Assembly (NCBI GenBank): GCA_937907435.1
Contig: CALCIA010000137.1
Coordinates: 39,212 to 103,211 of the forward strand
Reading direction: 5' to 3'
DNA length: 64,000 bases
Origin: an uncultured Actinomycetes bacterium
GTDB taxonomy: Bacteria; Actinomycetota; Thermoleophilia; Solirubrobacterales; 70-9
Below, piece after piece: positions 33,569 through 42,108 of the stretch. The position numbers were made by a program, and so were the translations under genes. Within the stretch, counting starts at the first letter, position 1; every line of letters begins with the position of its first letter. Under the pieces are notes generated by a model. The model saw only the letters and a list, made by a program, of their open reading frames with translations, searched no databases and was not told the DNA's origin.

Positions 33569-35747
33569 TCAGGCGACTCTCGGTGGCGCGCATCGAGCCC
33601 AGGTCGATGGTGAAGCGCCACCAGGCGGGCGTTCCCTGGTCATAGAGCGCGAGCTCGGCGACCCGCCGGCCGTTCTCGCGGTGGTAGCCGAGCAGGCGCA
33701 CTGCCTGGGCGTAGGGCGTCCAGCGAAACCAGGATCCCGTCGTGAACGCGGGCCCGCCGCCGGCGTAGCGAGTGCGGACCCAGCGCGTCCTGGGGGTGAC
33801 CGGACCCTGCCCCTGGGCTTCCCAGGAAAAGGGGCCGACGGTGATCGAGCGCGCCCCGAGGTCGGTCCGGAACGCGTAGCGGTCAGGAGCTTGGAGCCGA
33901 TAGTGGGAGACGGCGAGGCTCCCGGGTCCGCTCGTCACCCGTTCGTACTGGCGCACGCTCCGCAGTCGGTTCATCGCAGCCTGGGCCTGGCCCAGCAACT
34001 GCCGCGCGCGCTTGTCAGCCCCTCTCCCCGCCTGCCAACGGACCGGTAGCCGGGCCGTGTACAGGTTGCCCTCCTCGGTCACCGACACGGCGATCGTCCG
34101 GGGGCGCCCGGAAAGGCGGAAGCTCCAGCATCCCGGCCCGCAGCCCCTCAACTCGGCCCCGGCGAGGATCGGTTTCCCCGGCGGTGGCTTGAGTTCGGTG
34201 TCGAAGAGGCGCAACGTGCCCTCGAGGCCCGCGGGTCCCTGTCGCACCCATGCGGCGACGATCGAGGAGCCGGCCGCCTCGGCCACGGCCAGCTGGTCCG
34301 CCCTCAGCTTCGGAAGCGGACAGGACGGCCGGCAGGGTGAGGCGAGCGCCGCCGCTCCCTCGGCGCCGCTCAACTGTCGCGGCGGCAGCGGATAGGCGAC
34401 CAGGAGGGCGGCGACGATGAGCACGACCGCCCCGATCGCGGGCTCACCGCGAAGGAGGCGCCAGTGGAGTCTCTCCTGCCCGGGATCGGGGTGGGGGTCG
34501 GCGGCCAGGAGGCGGGGACGGAGGCGGAGGGCGTGGAGGTAGCTGAACACCGCGATCGACCCGACCAGGCCCATCTTCACCGCCAGGGTCCGCCCGTAGG
34601 CGGTCTGCCACAGGGCCTGGGGGCTCCCGAGCTCGATCAGGGCGCTGGTCAGCCCGCTGGCGACGACGACCAGGAAGGCCGGGAGGGCGACGCGCCCGAA
34701 CGGACGCAGGACCCCTCGCATCACCGCGCCGCGCAATTCCTCGCTGCCGCGCATCGCCGGACGGGCCCAGGTGACCACGATCTGGGCGATGCCGCCGATC
34801 CAGACCGCGGCGGCGAGCAGATGGACCCAGTCGGCCGATACCGCGAGGGCCCGTGGGTCGGCGGAGTTCGCGTGCCCGCTGAAGGCGATCGCGGCGAAGG
34901 CAGCGGCGCAGGCGAGCGCTGCCGACCGCGGCATCCGGGCGGCAAGGAGGGCGGCCAGCGCCAGGGCCACCGCGGTCGCGACGCGGCCGAGGCCGGCGGT
35001 GTTGGTCAGCAGGTAGTCGTTTAGGCCGGTGGGGTCGAGCCCCCCGGCGGCGTCGGCCGCTTCGGCGACCGCGACCGCGGCGCCCGTGGCCGCGGCCAGC
35101 CAGCCCGCGCTGATGGTCCGCCGCCAGATCGCGGTGACGGTCGAGTCGGGGTTCTCCCCGGCCGCGTCGAGCGCCAGGCGCAGCTCGCCCGGCGGCAGCA
35201 GCCAACGCGCCCGGCCCTCGCGGCCCGAGAGCGCGGCGGCGTTGAGGAGGCCGCCCGCGAAGAAGAGCAGGGCGCCGTAGAAGATCGCCCGCAGGGCGAT
35301 GCGGAGCCATCCGTCCCGGGCCAGCGGATCCTGCTCGACGACGTGCGCACCCCCGACGGCGGCGGCGCGGACGCCGAAGCTGAACGAGCCCTCGAGTGGG
35401 TGGCCATCGTCGGTGGAGACACTGAACCAGTCGACGCGGTAGGCCGCGGTCGGCAGCGCGGCGGCCGGTTGCAGGACCAGGTCGCGGCTCGGTCCGGCGA
35501 GGGTCTTCGCGGCGATCTTCCTGCCGGTCCTCAGGTCGGTGATCGTCGCCTTGCTCAGACTTCGGTTCAGCCCCTCGGTGAACTCGAGCCTGATCTCCCT
35601 CGGGCTGTCCTCGACCCGCCGGCCGGGCGCGGGCGTCGACTCGAGGAAGGCGGCGTGGGCGGCCGCCGGCGCGGCCTCGAGCGCCATCGCGACCAGCGCC
35701 AGAAGGAGAGTCGCCAGGATGAGCGGGGCGCGGGAGGACAGCTTCAT
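33486..35747 (-). CDS. CopC-CopD fusion copper resistance protein with extra C-terminal periplasmic domain (YcnJ-like architecture)
   Basis: Signal peptide, then mature HAAFLESTPAPG...YRVDWFSVSTDDGHPLEGSFSFGV (CopC). About 8 TM helices follow (CopD), then an approximately 280-aa soluble C-terminal region. Confidence 0.9.
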   Translation of the reverse strand: MKLSSRAPLILATLLLALVAMALEAAPAAAHAAFLESTPAPGRRVEDSPREIRLEFTEGLNRSLSKATITDLRTGRKIAAKTLAGPSRDLVLQPAAALPTAAYRVDWFSVSTDDGHPLEGSFSFGVRAAAVGGAHVVEQDPLARDGWLRIALRAIFYGALLFFAGGLLNAAALSGREGRARWLLPPGELRLALDAAGENPDSTVTAIWRRTISAGWLAAATGAAVAVAEAADAAGGLDPTGLNDYLLTNTAGLGRVATAVALALAALLAARMPRSAALACAAAFAAIAFSGHANSADPRALAVSADWVHLLAAAVWIGGIAQIVVTWARPAMRGSEELRGAVMRGVLRPFGRVALPAFLVVVASGLTSALIELGSPQALWQTAYGRTLAVKMGLVGSIAVFSYLHALRLRPRLLAADPHPDPGQERLHWRLLRGEPAIGAVVLIVAALLVAYPLPPRQLSGAEGAAALASPCRPSCPLPKLRADQLAVAEAAGSSIVAAWVRQGPAGLEGTLRLFDTELKPPPGKPILAGAELRGCGPGCWSFRLSGRPRTIAVSVTEEGNLYTARLPVRWQAGRGADKRARQLLGQAQAAMNRLRSVRQYERVTSGPGSLAVSHYRLQAPDRYAFRTDLGARSITVGPFSWEAQGQGPVTPRTRWVRTRYAGGGPAFTTGSWFRWTPYAQAVRLLGYHRENGRRVAELALYDQGTPAWWRFTIDLGSMRATESRLITQGHYSTQRYFAYNRPTRIVPPRGGS

Positions 35748-35767
35748 CTCCTATGGATTGTCGTAGA
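35747..35767. promoter_or_regulatory. palindromic operator site S9 (degenerate)
   Basis: TCTCCTATggattGTCGTAGA in the 32-nt divergent gap between copCD and the 35780 gene. Two core deviations. Confidence 0.4.
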
Positions 35768-35779
35768 TTGAAGGGTGGA

Positions 35780-36264
35780 ATGACGCGAGGGATGCCGCTG
35801 TGGCTTCGCTGGTTGCTGACGGTGGCCGGCTTCGGAGCGGCCGCGGTCGTGCTGATCATCGTGGTGGGAGGTTCGGGCAACTCCTCCGACGGGAACGCGG
35901 CCGCACTCCTGAGGGCCGGCGAACGGGTGCGAAGGGGAGTCCTCCACGATCAGGCGCCGCATTCCTCGAAGCTGCATGCCGGCGTCCCTCCGGCAGTCGG
36001 CCTCGAACGGGCGATAGCCGCCGACGTGCGTGGCCGCGTCCGGCGCCACGAACTCGCCGGTCCGACCCGGGGCGTGAGCTGCATGGCGGTCGATCCCGGC
36101 AAGGAAGCCGGCGCCCCTACCGATGCACGGCACGGGCCGGCGCCGTCCGATATCCATTCTTCGCCATCGCCGACCTGCGGACCCGGCGCCTCACCTGGTG
36201 CAGGTTCGATCAGATTCCCGCGGCGGAGGGGGCGGTGCCGCTCAGCCCCAGGTGCAAGCGCTGA
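35780..36264 (+). pseudogene. small secreted protein split over two frames
   Basis: Frame 1: MTRGMPLWLRWLLTVAGFGAAAVVLIIV...GVSCMAVDPGKEAGAP. Frame 3 continues protein-like: YRCTARAGAVRYPFFAIADLRTRRLTWCRFDQIP...* (stop 36262-36264). Junction near a CCCC run at about 36115. Confidence 0.35.
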
Positions 36265-36483
36265 TCACCGGGTCGAGGTCGGCGTCTTCTGCGCCAGCTC
36301 GCCGATCCGGTCGGTCAGCTCCGCCTGCCGTCGCCGCAAGGACTCGAGCTCATCTGCGCCTCTGGTCTCGGTTCTCCGACCGGGGAGGCAGCCTCGGCGT
36401 CCGCGACAGGCGTTCCACCACATCAGCGCCGGGCAGACCGATGCCGCCGCGACGACGGCCAGGATGAAGAGGGCCGTCGTCAC
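36265..36483 (-). CDS. small TM + coiled-coil protein with CPALMWWNAC motif
   Basis: GTG 36483 overlaps the upstream stop (GTGA). VTTALFILAVVAAASVCPALMWWNACRGRRGC...LESLRRRQAELTDRIGEL. Confidence 0.4.
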   Translation of the reverse strand: MTTALFILAVVAAASVCPALMWWNACRGRRGCLPGRRTETRGADELESLRRRQAELTDRIGELAQKTPTSTR

Positions 36484-36719
36484 AGTCGCCCGACCGGCTC
36501 GCGGTCGGCCTGGTCCTCTCCGCGCTCGCGCTCCAGGCGCTCCACCTCGGCGGACAGGCGCCGCTGCTCCTCGCGCAGTTCGGCGACGGAGGACTCGTCG
36601 GTGCCCTCGTCCTTCTTGCCGCCCATCATGCCCTTGCCCATGAAGAACATCATCAGGCCCATGCCGATCGGACAGGCCAAGAGCGCCAGCGGGGTCAGTA
36701 TCGGGGCAATGCTCGCCAT
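36480..36719 (-). CDS. small Met-rich TM + coiled-coil protein (DUF2933-like flavour)
   Basis: LALLACPIGMGLMMFFMGKGMMGGKKD...VAELREEQRRLSAEVERLERE. GAAGGAGAAAGC SD before the ATG. Confidence 0.55.
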   Translation of the reverse strand: MASIAPILTPLALLACPIGMGLMMFFMGKGMMGGKKDEGTDESSVAELREEQRRLSAEVERLERERGEDQADREPVGRL

Positions 36720-36751
36720 GCTTTCTCCTTCGCGGCGGTGAACGACTCCTT

Positions 36752-36772
36752 CGTACGACTAAGTGTAGTAGA
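36752..36772. promoter_or_regulatory. palindromic operator site S10
   Basis: CGTACGACtaagtGTAGTAGA, about 35-55 nt upstream of the 36719 start. Confidence 0.45.
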
Positions 36773-37041
36773 TAGAGCCGGCCCGGGCAATGGCTGGGAG
36801 GCAAGCCGACAGTCCGTCCGAGATCCGCGACCACCTCGAACCGAGTGTTGTCGGCCGGCGCGACGTCGCCATGCCGATTCGGTCGGGAGCGAAGCGCATG
36901 GGCCGTGCCGCCTCCGGCTGGACGCTCCAGAAGAAGGTCGAGTGCCCGTCCTTTCGTCCGGTCGTGCCTACGGATGAGCGTAGGCACAAGCGCGTCGGGG
37001 GCGCCTGTTCAGCACATCCTGGGCGCTGCTACGCGCCTGCT

Positions 37042-37779
37042 CTAGACCGACTGGAAAAAGTTGAGGCCGAAGCGACCGAGGAGGTGCTGTGCCTCGATAT
37101 TGAGCCGAAACAGCTCACCGCTGATCACCAGAACCCCGGTCGTCAACAGAAGCACGCCGGCGCCCACCTGGATAGCGGTGTAATGGCGCTTGATGAAGCC
37201 GAGGCTCCCTTGCGCCGCGTCGAAGGCGATCGCGGAGAGCAGGAACGGCACCGCCAGCCCGGCCGAGTAGACGGTGAGCAGGAGGGCGGCCTCCCCGGTC
37301 GACTGGCCCGCCGCGGCCAGGCCCAGGATTGCCCCCAGCGTCGGACCGACGCAGGGCGTCCAGGCCAGGGCAAAGGCAGCGCCAACCGTCACCGGCCCGC
37401 CACGACCGGCGCGTTCGGATAGCCAGTTCGGGCGCCAGTCGCGGTTGAGCCGCACGACGAAGACCGAACCGATCATCAGCAAACCCATCGCGATGATCGC
37501 CAGACCGCCGACTCGTTCCAGGGTCGGCTTATTGGTGAACAGGAAGGCGCCGAGCGCGGTGGCGCTCAACCCGAGGAGGACGAAGATGCTCGAAAAGCTG
37601 AGGACGAAGAGGAGGCTGCGGCCCAGGACCTGAGGATCGAAGCGGCGATCGCGTTGGCCTCCGCCGGGGGCGCCGGTGACCGTTGCCAGATAGCCGGGTA
37701 CCAGAGGCAAGCAGCAGGGAGAGACGAAGGACACGAAGCCGGCGGCGAAGGCGAGACCGAGGCCAGGGCCACCGATCAT
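37042..37779 (-). CDS. ccdA: cytochrome c biogenesis thiol:disulfide transporter CcdA (DsbD family)
   Basis: FVSFVSPCCLPLVPGYL and WTPCVGPTLGAIL motifs. 6 TM helices. Confidence 0.9.
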   Translation of the reverse strand: MIGGPGLGLAFAAGFVSFVSPCCLPLVPGYLATVTGAPGGGQRDRRFDPQVLGRSLLFVLSFSSIFVLLGLSATALGAFLFTNKPTLERVGGLAIIAMGLLMIGSVFVVRLNRDWRPNWLSERAGRGGPVTVGAAFALAWTPCVGPTLGAILGLAAAGQSTGEAALLLTVYSAGLAVPFLLSAIAFDAAQGSLGFIKRHYTAIQVGAGVLLLTTGVLVISGELFRLNIEAQHLLGRFGLNFFQSV

Positions 37780-37819
37780 CGAAGCGCGGGTCGGGCCGAG
37801 GAATGGGGCTGGGACTTCA

Positions 37820-37840
37820 TCTTCTACACAGCATAGTAGC
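37820..37840. promoter_or_regulatory. palindromic operator site S11 (subclass B)
   Basis: TCTTCTACacagcATAGTAGC, about 40-60 nt upstream of the ccdA start. Minus strand reads GCTACTATgctgtGTAGAAG. Confidence 0.55.
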
Positions 37841-37998
37841 CAGGCACGGCACTCCGCCGCGGTACTGGGTTGGCATCTCCGGCACCCGGTGAGGAGTGGA
37901 CGTCGGAGGCGCCGAGGTGGGCTCGCGGACAGGCGGGAGGGGTGGAGGACCTCGCGTCTTCCGGCGTGGCTCCAGAAGCATCGTGTGCGCGTCTCGGA

Positions 37999-38622
37999 TC
38001 AGTAGCCGAGCGGGTGGCGTACGGCCAACTTCCCCGACACGACCGAGGCCGTGTCCGCGTACCAGCGCGGACCGGTGCCGTCGGCCGAGCCGGCGGTGTC
38101 CCAGCGCAGCCCGGCGATCACCGCGTAGGTGTGGCCGGCATTGGCGTAGACGGAGATCCACCTGCCGGCTTCAGGTTCGCCCCAGCTCATCAGGCCGGTC
38201 GAGTCGAGTGGCGAGGTGATCAGCCCGCCGCCCCGCAGGGCGTAGCTGACCGCACCCGAGCAGTCATAGCCAGTGTCCCACCATTTGCCGTGCCCGCCAC
38301 CCCAGACGTAGGGCTTGGTGCGGATCCGGTTCGCCCATTCGATCACCTTCTTCACGGCGGGAGGGGCGCTCGCCGGTGCGATCGCCATGCCTTCGACCAG
38401 CTTCGCCCTGGCTCCCGGCACGGTGGGGACGGGCGTCGTTCCCGGCACGGCGGCGACAGGCGGCGCTTCGGTCGAGGTTTCCGGCGCGCAGGGATCCTGG
38501 CCGGCCGAGACGCCACCGAACTGGTTGCAGGCGGCCGAGGCGCCGCCGGTGTTGATCAGTAAGGCGAGGAGGACGAGAGCCAGTGCCCCTCCCAGCCGAG
38601 TTCTCTTTGAAAGCAAGACCAT
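37999..38622 (-). CDS. secreted NlpC/P60 (C40) cell-wall peptidase
   Basis: Signal peptide. KPYVWGGGHGKWWDTGYDCSGAVSYAL catalytic Cys motif. ...AGHTYAVIAG. Confidence 0.85.
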   Translation of the reverse strand: MVLLSKRTRLGGALALVLLALLINTGGASAACNQFGGVSAGQDPCAPETSTEAPPVAAVPGTTPVPTVPGARAKLVEGMAIAPASAPPAVKKVIEWANRIRTKPYVWGGGHGKWWDTGYDCSGAVSYALRGGGLITSPLDSTGLMSWGEPEAGRWISVYANAGHTYAVIAGLRWDTAGSADGTGPRWYADTASVVSGKLAVRHPLGY

Positions 38623-38629
38623 CTCCTTC

Positions 38630-38765
38630 GTCGGCCTACGGAGTTAGCTGACGGGCTCGCGCTGAAAGAGATCGCGCTACGGACTCAAATGTCCGATTCG
38701 CCCCGCGGGGCCGATGTGGCCCCTGTGGTTCCCCCGTTCCGCGTCATTCAGGCGCGGATTCGGCA
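38630..38765 (-). promoter_or_regulatory. c-di-AMP (ydaO/yuaA-type) riboswitch, copy 2
   Basis: Minus-strand RNA: GCGGAACGGGGGAACC ... GGGGCGAAUC ... GAGCCCGUCAGCUAACUCCGUAGGCCGACGAAGGAGAUG. It is collinear with copy 1, and the SD/start of the NlpC/P60 gene lies in the 3' arm. Confidence 0.8.
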
Positions 38766-38792
38766 TAGCTTTGACGCGGCAATATACAGACT

Positions 38793-38813
38793 TGTACTAC
38801 GGCGTGTCGGACT
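38793..38813. promoter_or_regulatory. palindromic operator site S12 (variant)
   Basis: TGTACTACggcgtGTCGGACT, just upstream (minus sense) of riboswitch copy 2. Confidence 0.4.
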
Positions 38814-39156
38814 ATCCTCCAGGACGCAGTCGATCTGCCGACCTGGGCCATGACAGGTACCGCTGCCATTCGGGGTCAATCTCGTCGAGCTGCGAGGCCA
38901 GCCGGACCACCGCCTCGTCGCTCTCGAAGGCATCGTCGACGACGATCCGGAAGCGCTTGCCGACACCGTCGAGATCGCCTACCTCGTACCGATCGCTGAG
39001 CTCGGCGATGATCGCTCGACCCTGCGGATCCTCATCCAGGCGCTCGACGACGACTGCGGGGCCGGAGAACGACGGCTTGACCTCGAGGGCGGGTCTGGGT
39101 CGACGAACGTGCTGCGGTCTCGACGGATGCCGCCTTCGCAGCCAGTCGAAGTCCAT
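38812..39156 (-). CDS. hypothetical cytoplasmic protein
   Basis: 114-aa ORF with acidic, protein-like composition. ATG lies directly after the stop of the small upstream ORF (TAGATG). Confidence 0.45.
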   Translation of the reverse strand: MDFDWLRRRHPSRPQHVRRPRPALEVKPSFSGPAVVVERLDEDPQGRAIIAELSDRYEVGDLDGVGKRFRIVVDDAFESDEAVVRLASQLDEIDPEWQRYLSWPRSADRLRPGG

Positions 39157-39324
39157 CTAGGCGCCCCCCATCCAGACGCTTCCGAGCGCGAGCAGGATCA
39201 GGGTGGCCACGACGATCCCCAGGCTCGCGCCCGTCAGGTAGACGGAGCTGGGTGAATAGAGACAGGCGGAAGCAGACCGCCGGAGGATCGAAACCCGCTC
39301 CGCACTCTGGTCCATGTCGGGCAT
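39157..39324 (-). CDS. 55-aa single-TM protein (below ORF-track cutoff)
   Basis: My translation: MPDMDQSAERVSILRRSASACLYSPSSVYLTGASLGIVVATLILLALGSVWMGGA*. GGGAGGA SD 4 nt before the ATG. Confidence 0.35.
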   Translation of the reverse strand: MPDMDQSAERVSILRRSASACLYSPSSVYLTGASLGIVVATLILLALGSVWMGGA

Positions 39325-39358
39325 CGTCCTCCCTTTCGACGTCTAAGCCACCGGCCCT

Positions 39359-39379
39359 ACTCCTACAGGGTGTAGGATA
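39359..39379. promoter_or_regulatory. palindromic operator site S13
   Basis: ACTCCTACagggtGTAGGATA. TACAGT -10-like box, then ATG 39390 six nt later. Confidence 0.7.
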
Positions 39380-39389
39380 CAGTAGCGAA

Positions 39390-40076
39390 ATGCCCGTCCT
39401 CGCCGAGAAGAACTGGGACCGCTACGTGGCGCAGGCCGAGCTCGTCGCCAGGACCGACGGATTCCAGGCCATCCGCGACCGGATCCTCGAACGCGCCGAG
39501 ATCGAGAGCGGCGAGATCGTCGCCGACATCGGCGCCGGGACCGGCCTCCTGACCCTGCCCGCGGCGGAGGTCGCCGAGCGGGTCTGGGCGATCGACATCA
39601 GCCCCCAGATGTGCGGCTATCTGGCGACCAAGGCGCTGAGCGCCGAGCGGCACAACATCGAGCCGGTCGTCGCCTCGGCAGTGAGCCTGCCGCTGGTCAG
39701 CGGCTCGGTCGACGTGGTGATCAGCAACTACTGCCTGCACCACCTCGGCCACACCGAGAAGCTGGTCGCCCTGGCCGAGCTGCATCGCATCCTGCGCCCG
39801 GGCGGGAGGCTCGTACTTGGCGACATGATGTTCAAGGTTGCCCTGACCGACGACCGGGACCGGGCCGTGGTCAAGGCGAAGGTGAAGGTTCTGCTCGGCA
39901 GGGGCCCCGCCGGCGTCTGGCGGCTGATCCGCAACGCCGCGCGTCTGCTCACGGGCCGCTGGGAGAGGCCGGCCTCCGGCCAGTGGTGGTGCGAGGCGCT
40001 CGCCGAGGCCGGGTTCACCGAGATCGACCTCGAGCTCGCCGAGCACGAGGGCGGGATCGTCGAAGGCCGGCGATGA
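39390..40076 (+). CDS. class I SAM-dependent methyltransferase
   Basis: VADIGAGTGLLTL (motif I), VISNYCLHHL, LRPGGRLVLGD. Start reset to the ATG at 39390 behind site S13. Confidence 0.8.
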   Translation: MPVLAEKNWDRYVAQAELVARTDGFQAIRDRILERAEIESGEIVADIGAGTGLLTLPAAEVAERVWAIDISPQMCGYLATKALSAERHNIEPVVASAVSLPLVSGSVDVVISNYCLHHLGHTEKLVALAELHRILRPGGRLVLGDMMFKVALTDDRDRAVVKAKVKVLLGRGPAGVWRLIRNAARLLTGRWERPASGQWWCEALAEAGFTEIDLELAEHEGGIVEGRR

Positions 40077-41005
40077 GGAGGGAGCCGCAGGTGATTCGCC
40101 GTCGCCGTGCGGTCGCCGCGGTCAGCCTCCTGCTGGCCCTCGGTGGCGTGCTGACCTTCCTGCTTCTGCCCCGCCCCGGGACCGACGCGGCCACCGCCCG
40201 GGGCGGCGTCATCCTGAGCGTCCCTGGCGGCCGCAGTCTCAGCCTGACCGAGGCGGAGGCCCGCCGGATCGTCGCGGGAAGCCGTCCCCTGCCGGTCCCC
40301 TCCCAGCGGGTCGCGGTGCGAGGCGATGCCAGGATCACCTACCGTCTCGACCGACGGTCGGCGCGTCGCGAGCTCGCCGGGAGGCTGGCGTCCGACAGCG
40401 GAAGCGTGAGCGTCGTCGAGCGACCGGTCTCCGTGAGGATCCGGGCGCCGGTGGTCAAGCAGGTGTACCCGAACAACTGTGAGACCGCCGCCCTGCAGAT
40501 GCTGCTCGCAACCCGCGGCGTCGAGCAGACCCAGCGATCTCTGCAAAGCAAGCTCCGTCGCGACGGGCCCCTCGATCCGCGTACCGCCCCGGACGGCACG
40601 AAAGTCTGGGGAGATCCGAACCAGGGCTTCGTCGGCCGCGTCGAAGGCGGTGGCGTAGCCGGCGGCTTCGGCGTCTACGGGAAACCCCTGATCGCGCTCG
40701 CGGACCGCTGGGTCGAAGCGGTGAACCTCAGCGGCACCCAGCCTGCGGTGATCTACCGCCGACTCCTCTCTGGCCACGCCGTCCTGGCCTGGACCGCGCT
40801 GGCTGACGGCCCCTACGAAACCTGGCGCGGCCCGCGCGGCGAGCCGGTTACGGTGAACTGGGGCGAGCACACGGTGCTGCTGCGCGGACTGACCGGCGGT
40901 CGCCTGATCGTCAACGATCCCCTGACCGGGGAGCGGATGACCTGGACGAAGGCCGAATTCGAAGAAAAGTGGGCGCTGTTGGGACGCCGCGCGATCAGCG
41001 CCTGA
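40072..41005 (+). CDS. secreted C39-like (YvpB/BtrH-like) cysteine peptidase domain protein
   Basis: ATGA overlap with the upstream gene. Signal anchor. VKQVYPNNCETAALQMLLATRG (catalytic Cys context) ... GEHTVLLRG...VNDP. Confidence 0.7.
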
Positions 41006-41011
41006 GCCGGG

Positions 41012-42046
41012 ATGATGGGCCGAAGATCGCGAATCGTCGCCGTCGTGGTGATCGTGGTCGGGCTTGCCGCGGTGGCCGCGTACACCTACGACAGCTCGCA
41101 GAAGGGCAAGATCGCCGAGGGGGTGGCCGTGGCCGGCCTCGATGTCGGCGGCATGAGCACCGGCGAAGCCGAATCGGCGTTGCGTCGACAACTCCTCGCC
41201 CCGCGTCGGCATTCGCTCACGGTCACCTACCAGGGTCGGAGCTGGTCGCTGTCGGCTGGTCAGCTCAAGGTTCGCGTCGACGTGTCCCGCGCGGTGCGCC
41301 GGGCCGTCGCGGCGGGCCAGGGCGGTGGCCTGCCAGGCAGACTCGTCCGCGAGGTGACCGGCGGCGAAGTCGACGACTCGATCGCCGCCGACGTCGAATA
41401 CTCGCATCCGGCGATCAACGCCTTCGTCCGCCGGATCGCCGCCGACCTCGACCGCGAACCGGTCGACGCCTCGGTCGAGCCGGGCGCCGACTCACTCAAG
41501 ATCGTCGCAGCGAAGCCCGGCCGCAAGCTACGGGACAACCGGCTGACCTCCGAGCTCGAAAGGGCGGTGGAGAGAGGTGGGGGCGATGCCGTCGCCGCCG
41601 TCGTCCACGGGACCGCGCCGGAAGTGACGGCGGGGGAACTCGGCTCCCGGTATCCGTCCTATCTGACGTTGGACCGCGCCACCTTCACGCTACGTCTGTG
41701 GAAGGACCTGAAGCCGGCCGAGACCTTCACGGTCGCGGTCGGCCGCGAAGGGCTCGAAACGCCGGAAGGGCTCTACGCGATCGAGGTGATGGAAGAAAAC
41801 CCGGTCTGGCACGTGCCGGAATCCGCATGGGCCGGCGCCCTCGCCGGCAAGACGATCCAGCCCGGGCCGGCGGACCCGATCAAGGCCCGGTGGATGGGCT
41901 TCTACGAAGGTGCCGGAATCCATGGCACCGAAGAGGTCGAATCGCTCGGCAGCGCCGCATCCCACGGTTGCGTTCGCATGTCGATCGCTGACGTCAAGAG
42001 GCTCTACGACCAGGTGGAAGTCGGGACCCCGATCTACGTCGGCTAG
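41012..42046 (+). CDS. L,D-transpeptidase (YkuD domain) with N-terminal accessory domains
   Basis: C-terminal GIHGTEEVESLGSAASHGCVRMSIADVKRLY (SHGCxRM catalytic motif). Confidence 0.9.
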   Translation: MMGRRSRIVAVVVIVVGLAAVAAYTYDSSQKGKIAEGVAVAGLDVGGMSTGEAESALRRQLLAPRRHSLTVTYQGRSWSLSAGQLKVRVDVSRAVRRAVAAGQGGGLPGRLVREVTGGEVDDSIAADVEYSHPAINAFVRRIAADLDREPVDASVEPGADSLKIVAAKPGRKLRDNRLTSELERAVERGGGDAVAAVVHGTAPEVTAGELGSRYPSYLTLDRATFTLRLWKDLKPAETFTVAVGREGLETPEGLYAIEVMEENPVWHVPESAWAGALAGKTIQPGPADPIKARWMGFYEGAGIHGTEEVESLGSAASHGCVRMSIADVKRLYDQVEVGTPIYVG

Positions 42047-42078
42047 ACCGTCGTTTCCTCCAGCTCTCCCGGGGCCAA

Positions 42079-42099
42079 ACTCCTACGATTTGTAGTATC
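42079..42099. promoter_or_regulatory. palindromic operator site S14
   Basis: ACTCCTACgatttGTAGTATC. TAGTAT -10-like box 10 nt before ATG 42109. Confidence 0.7.
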
Positions 42100-42108
42100 G
42101 ATCCCGAG

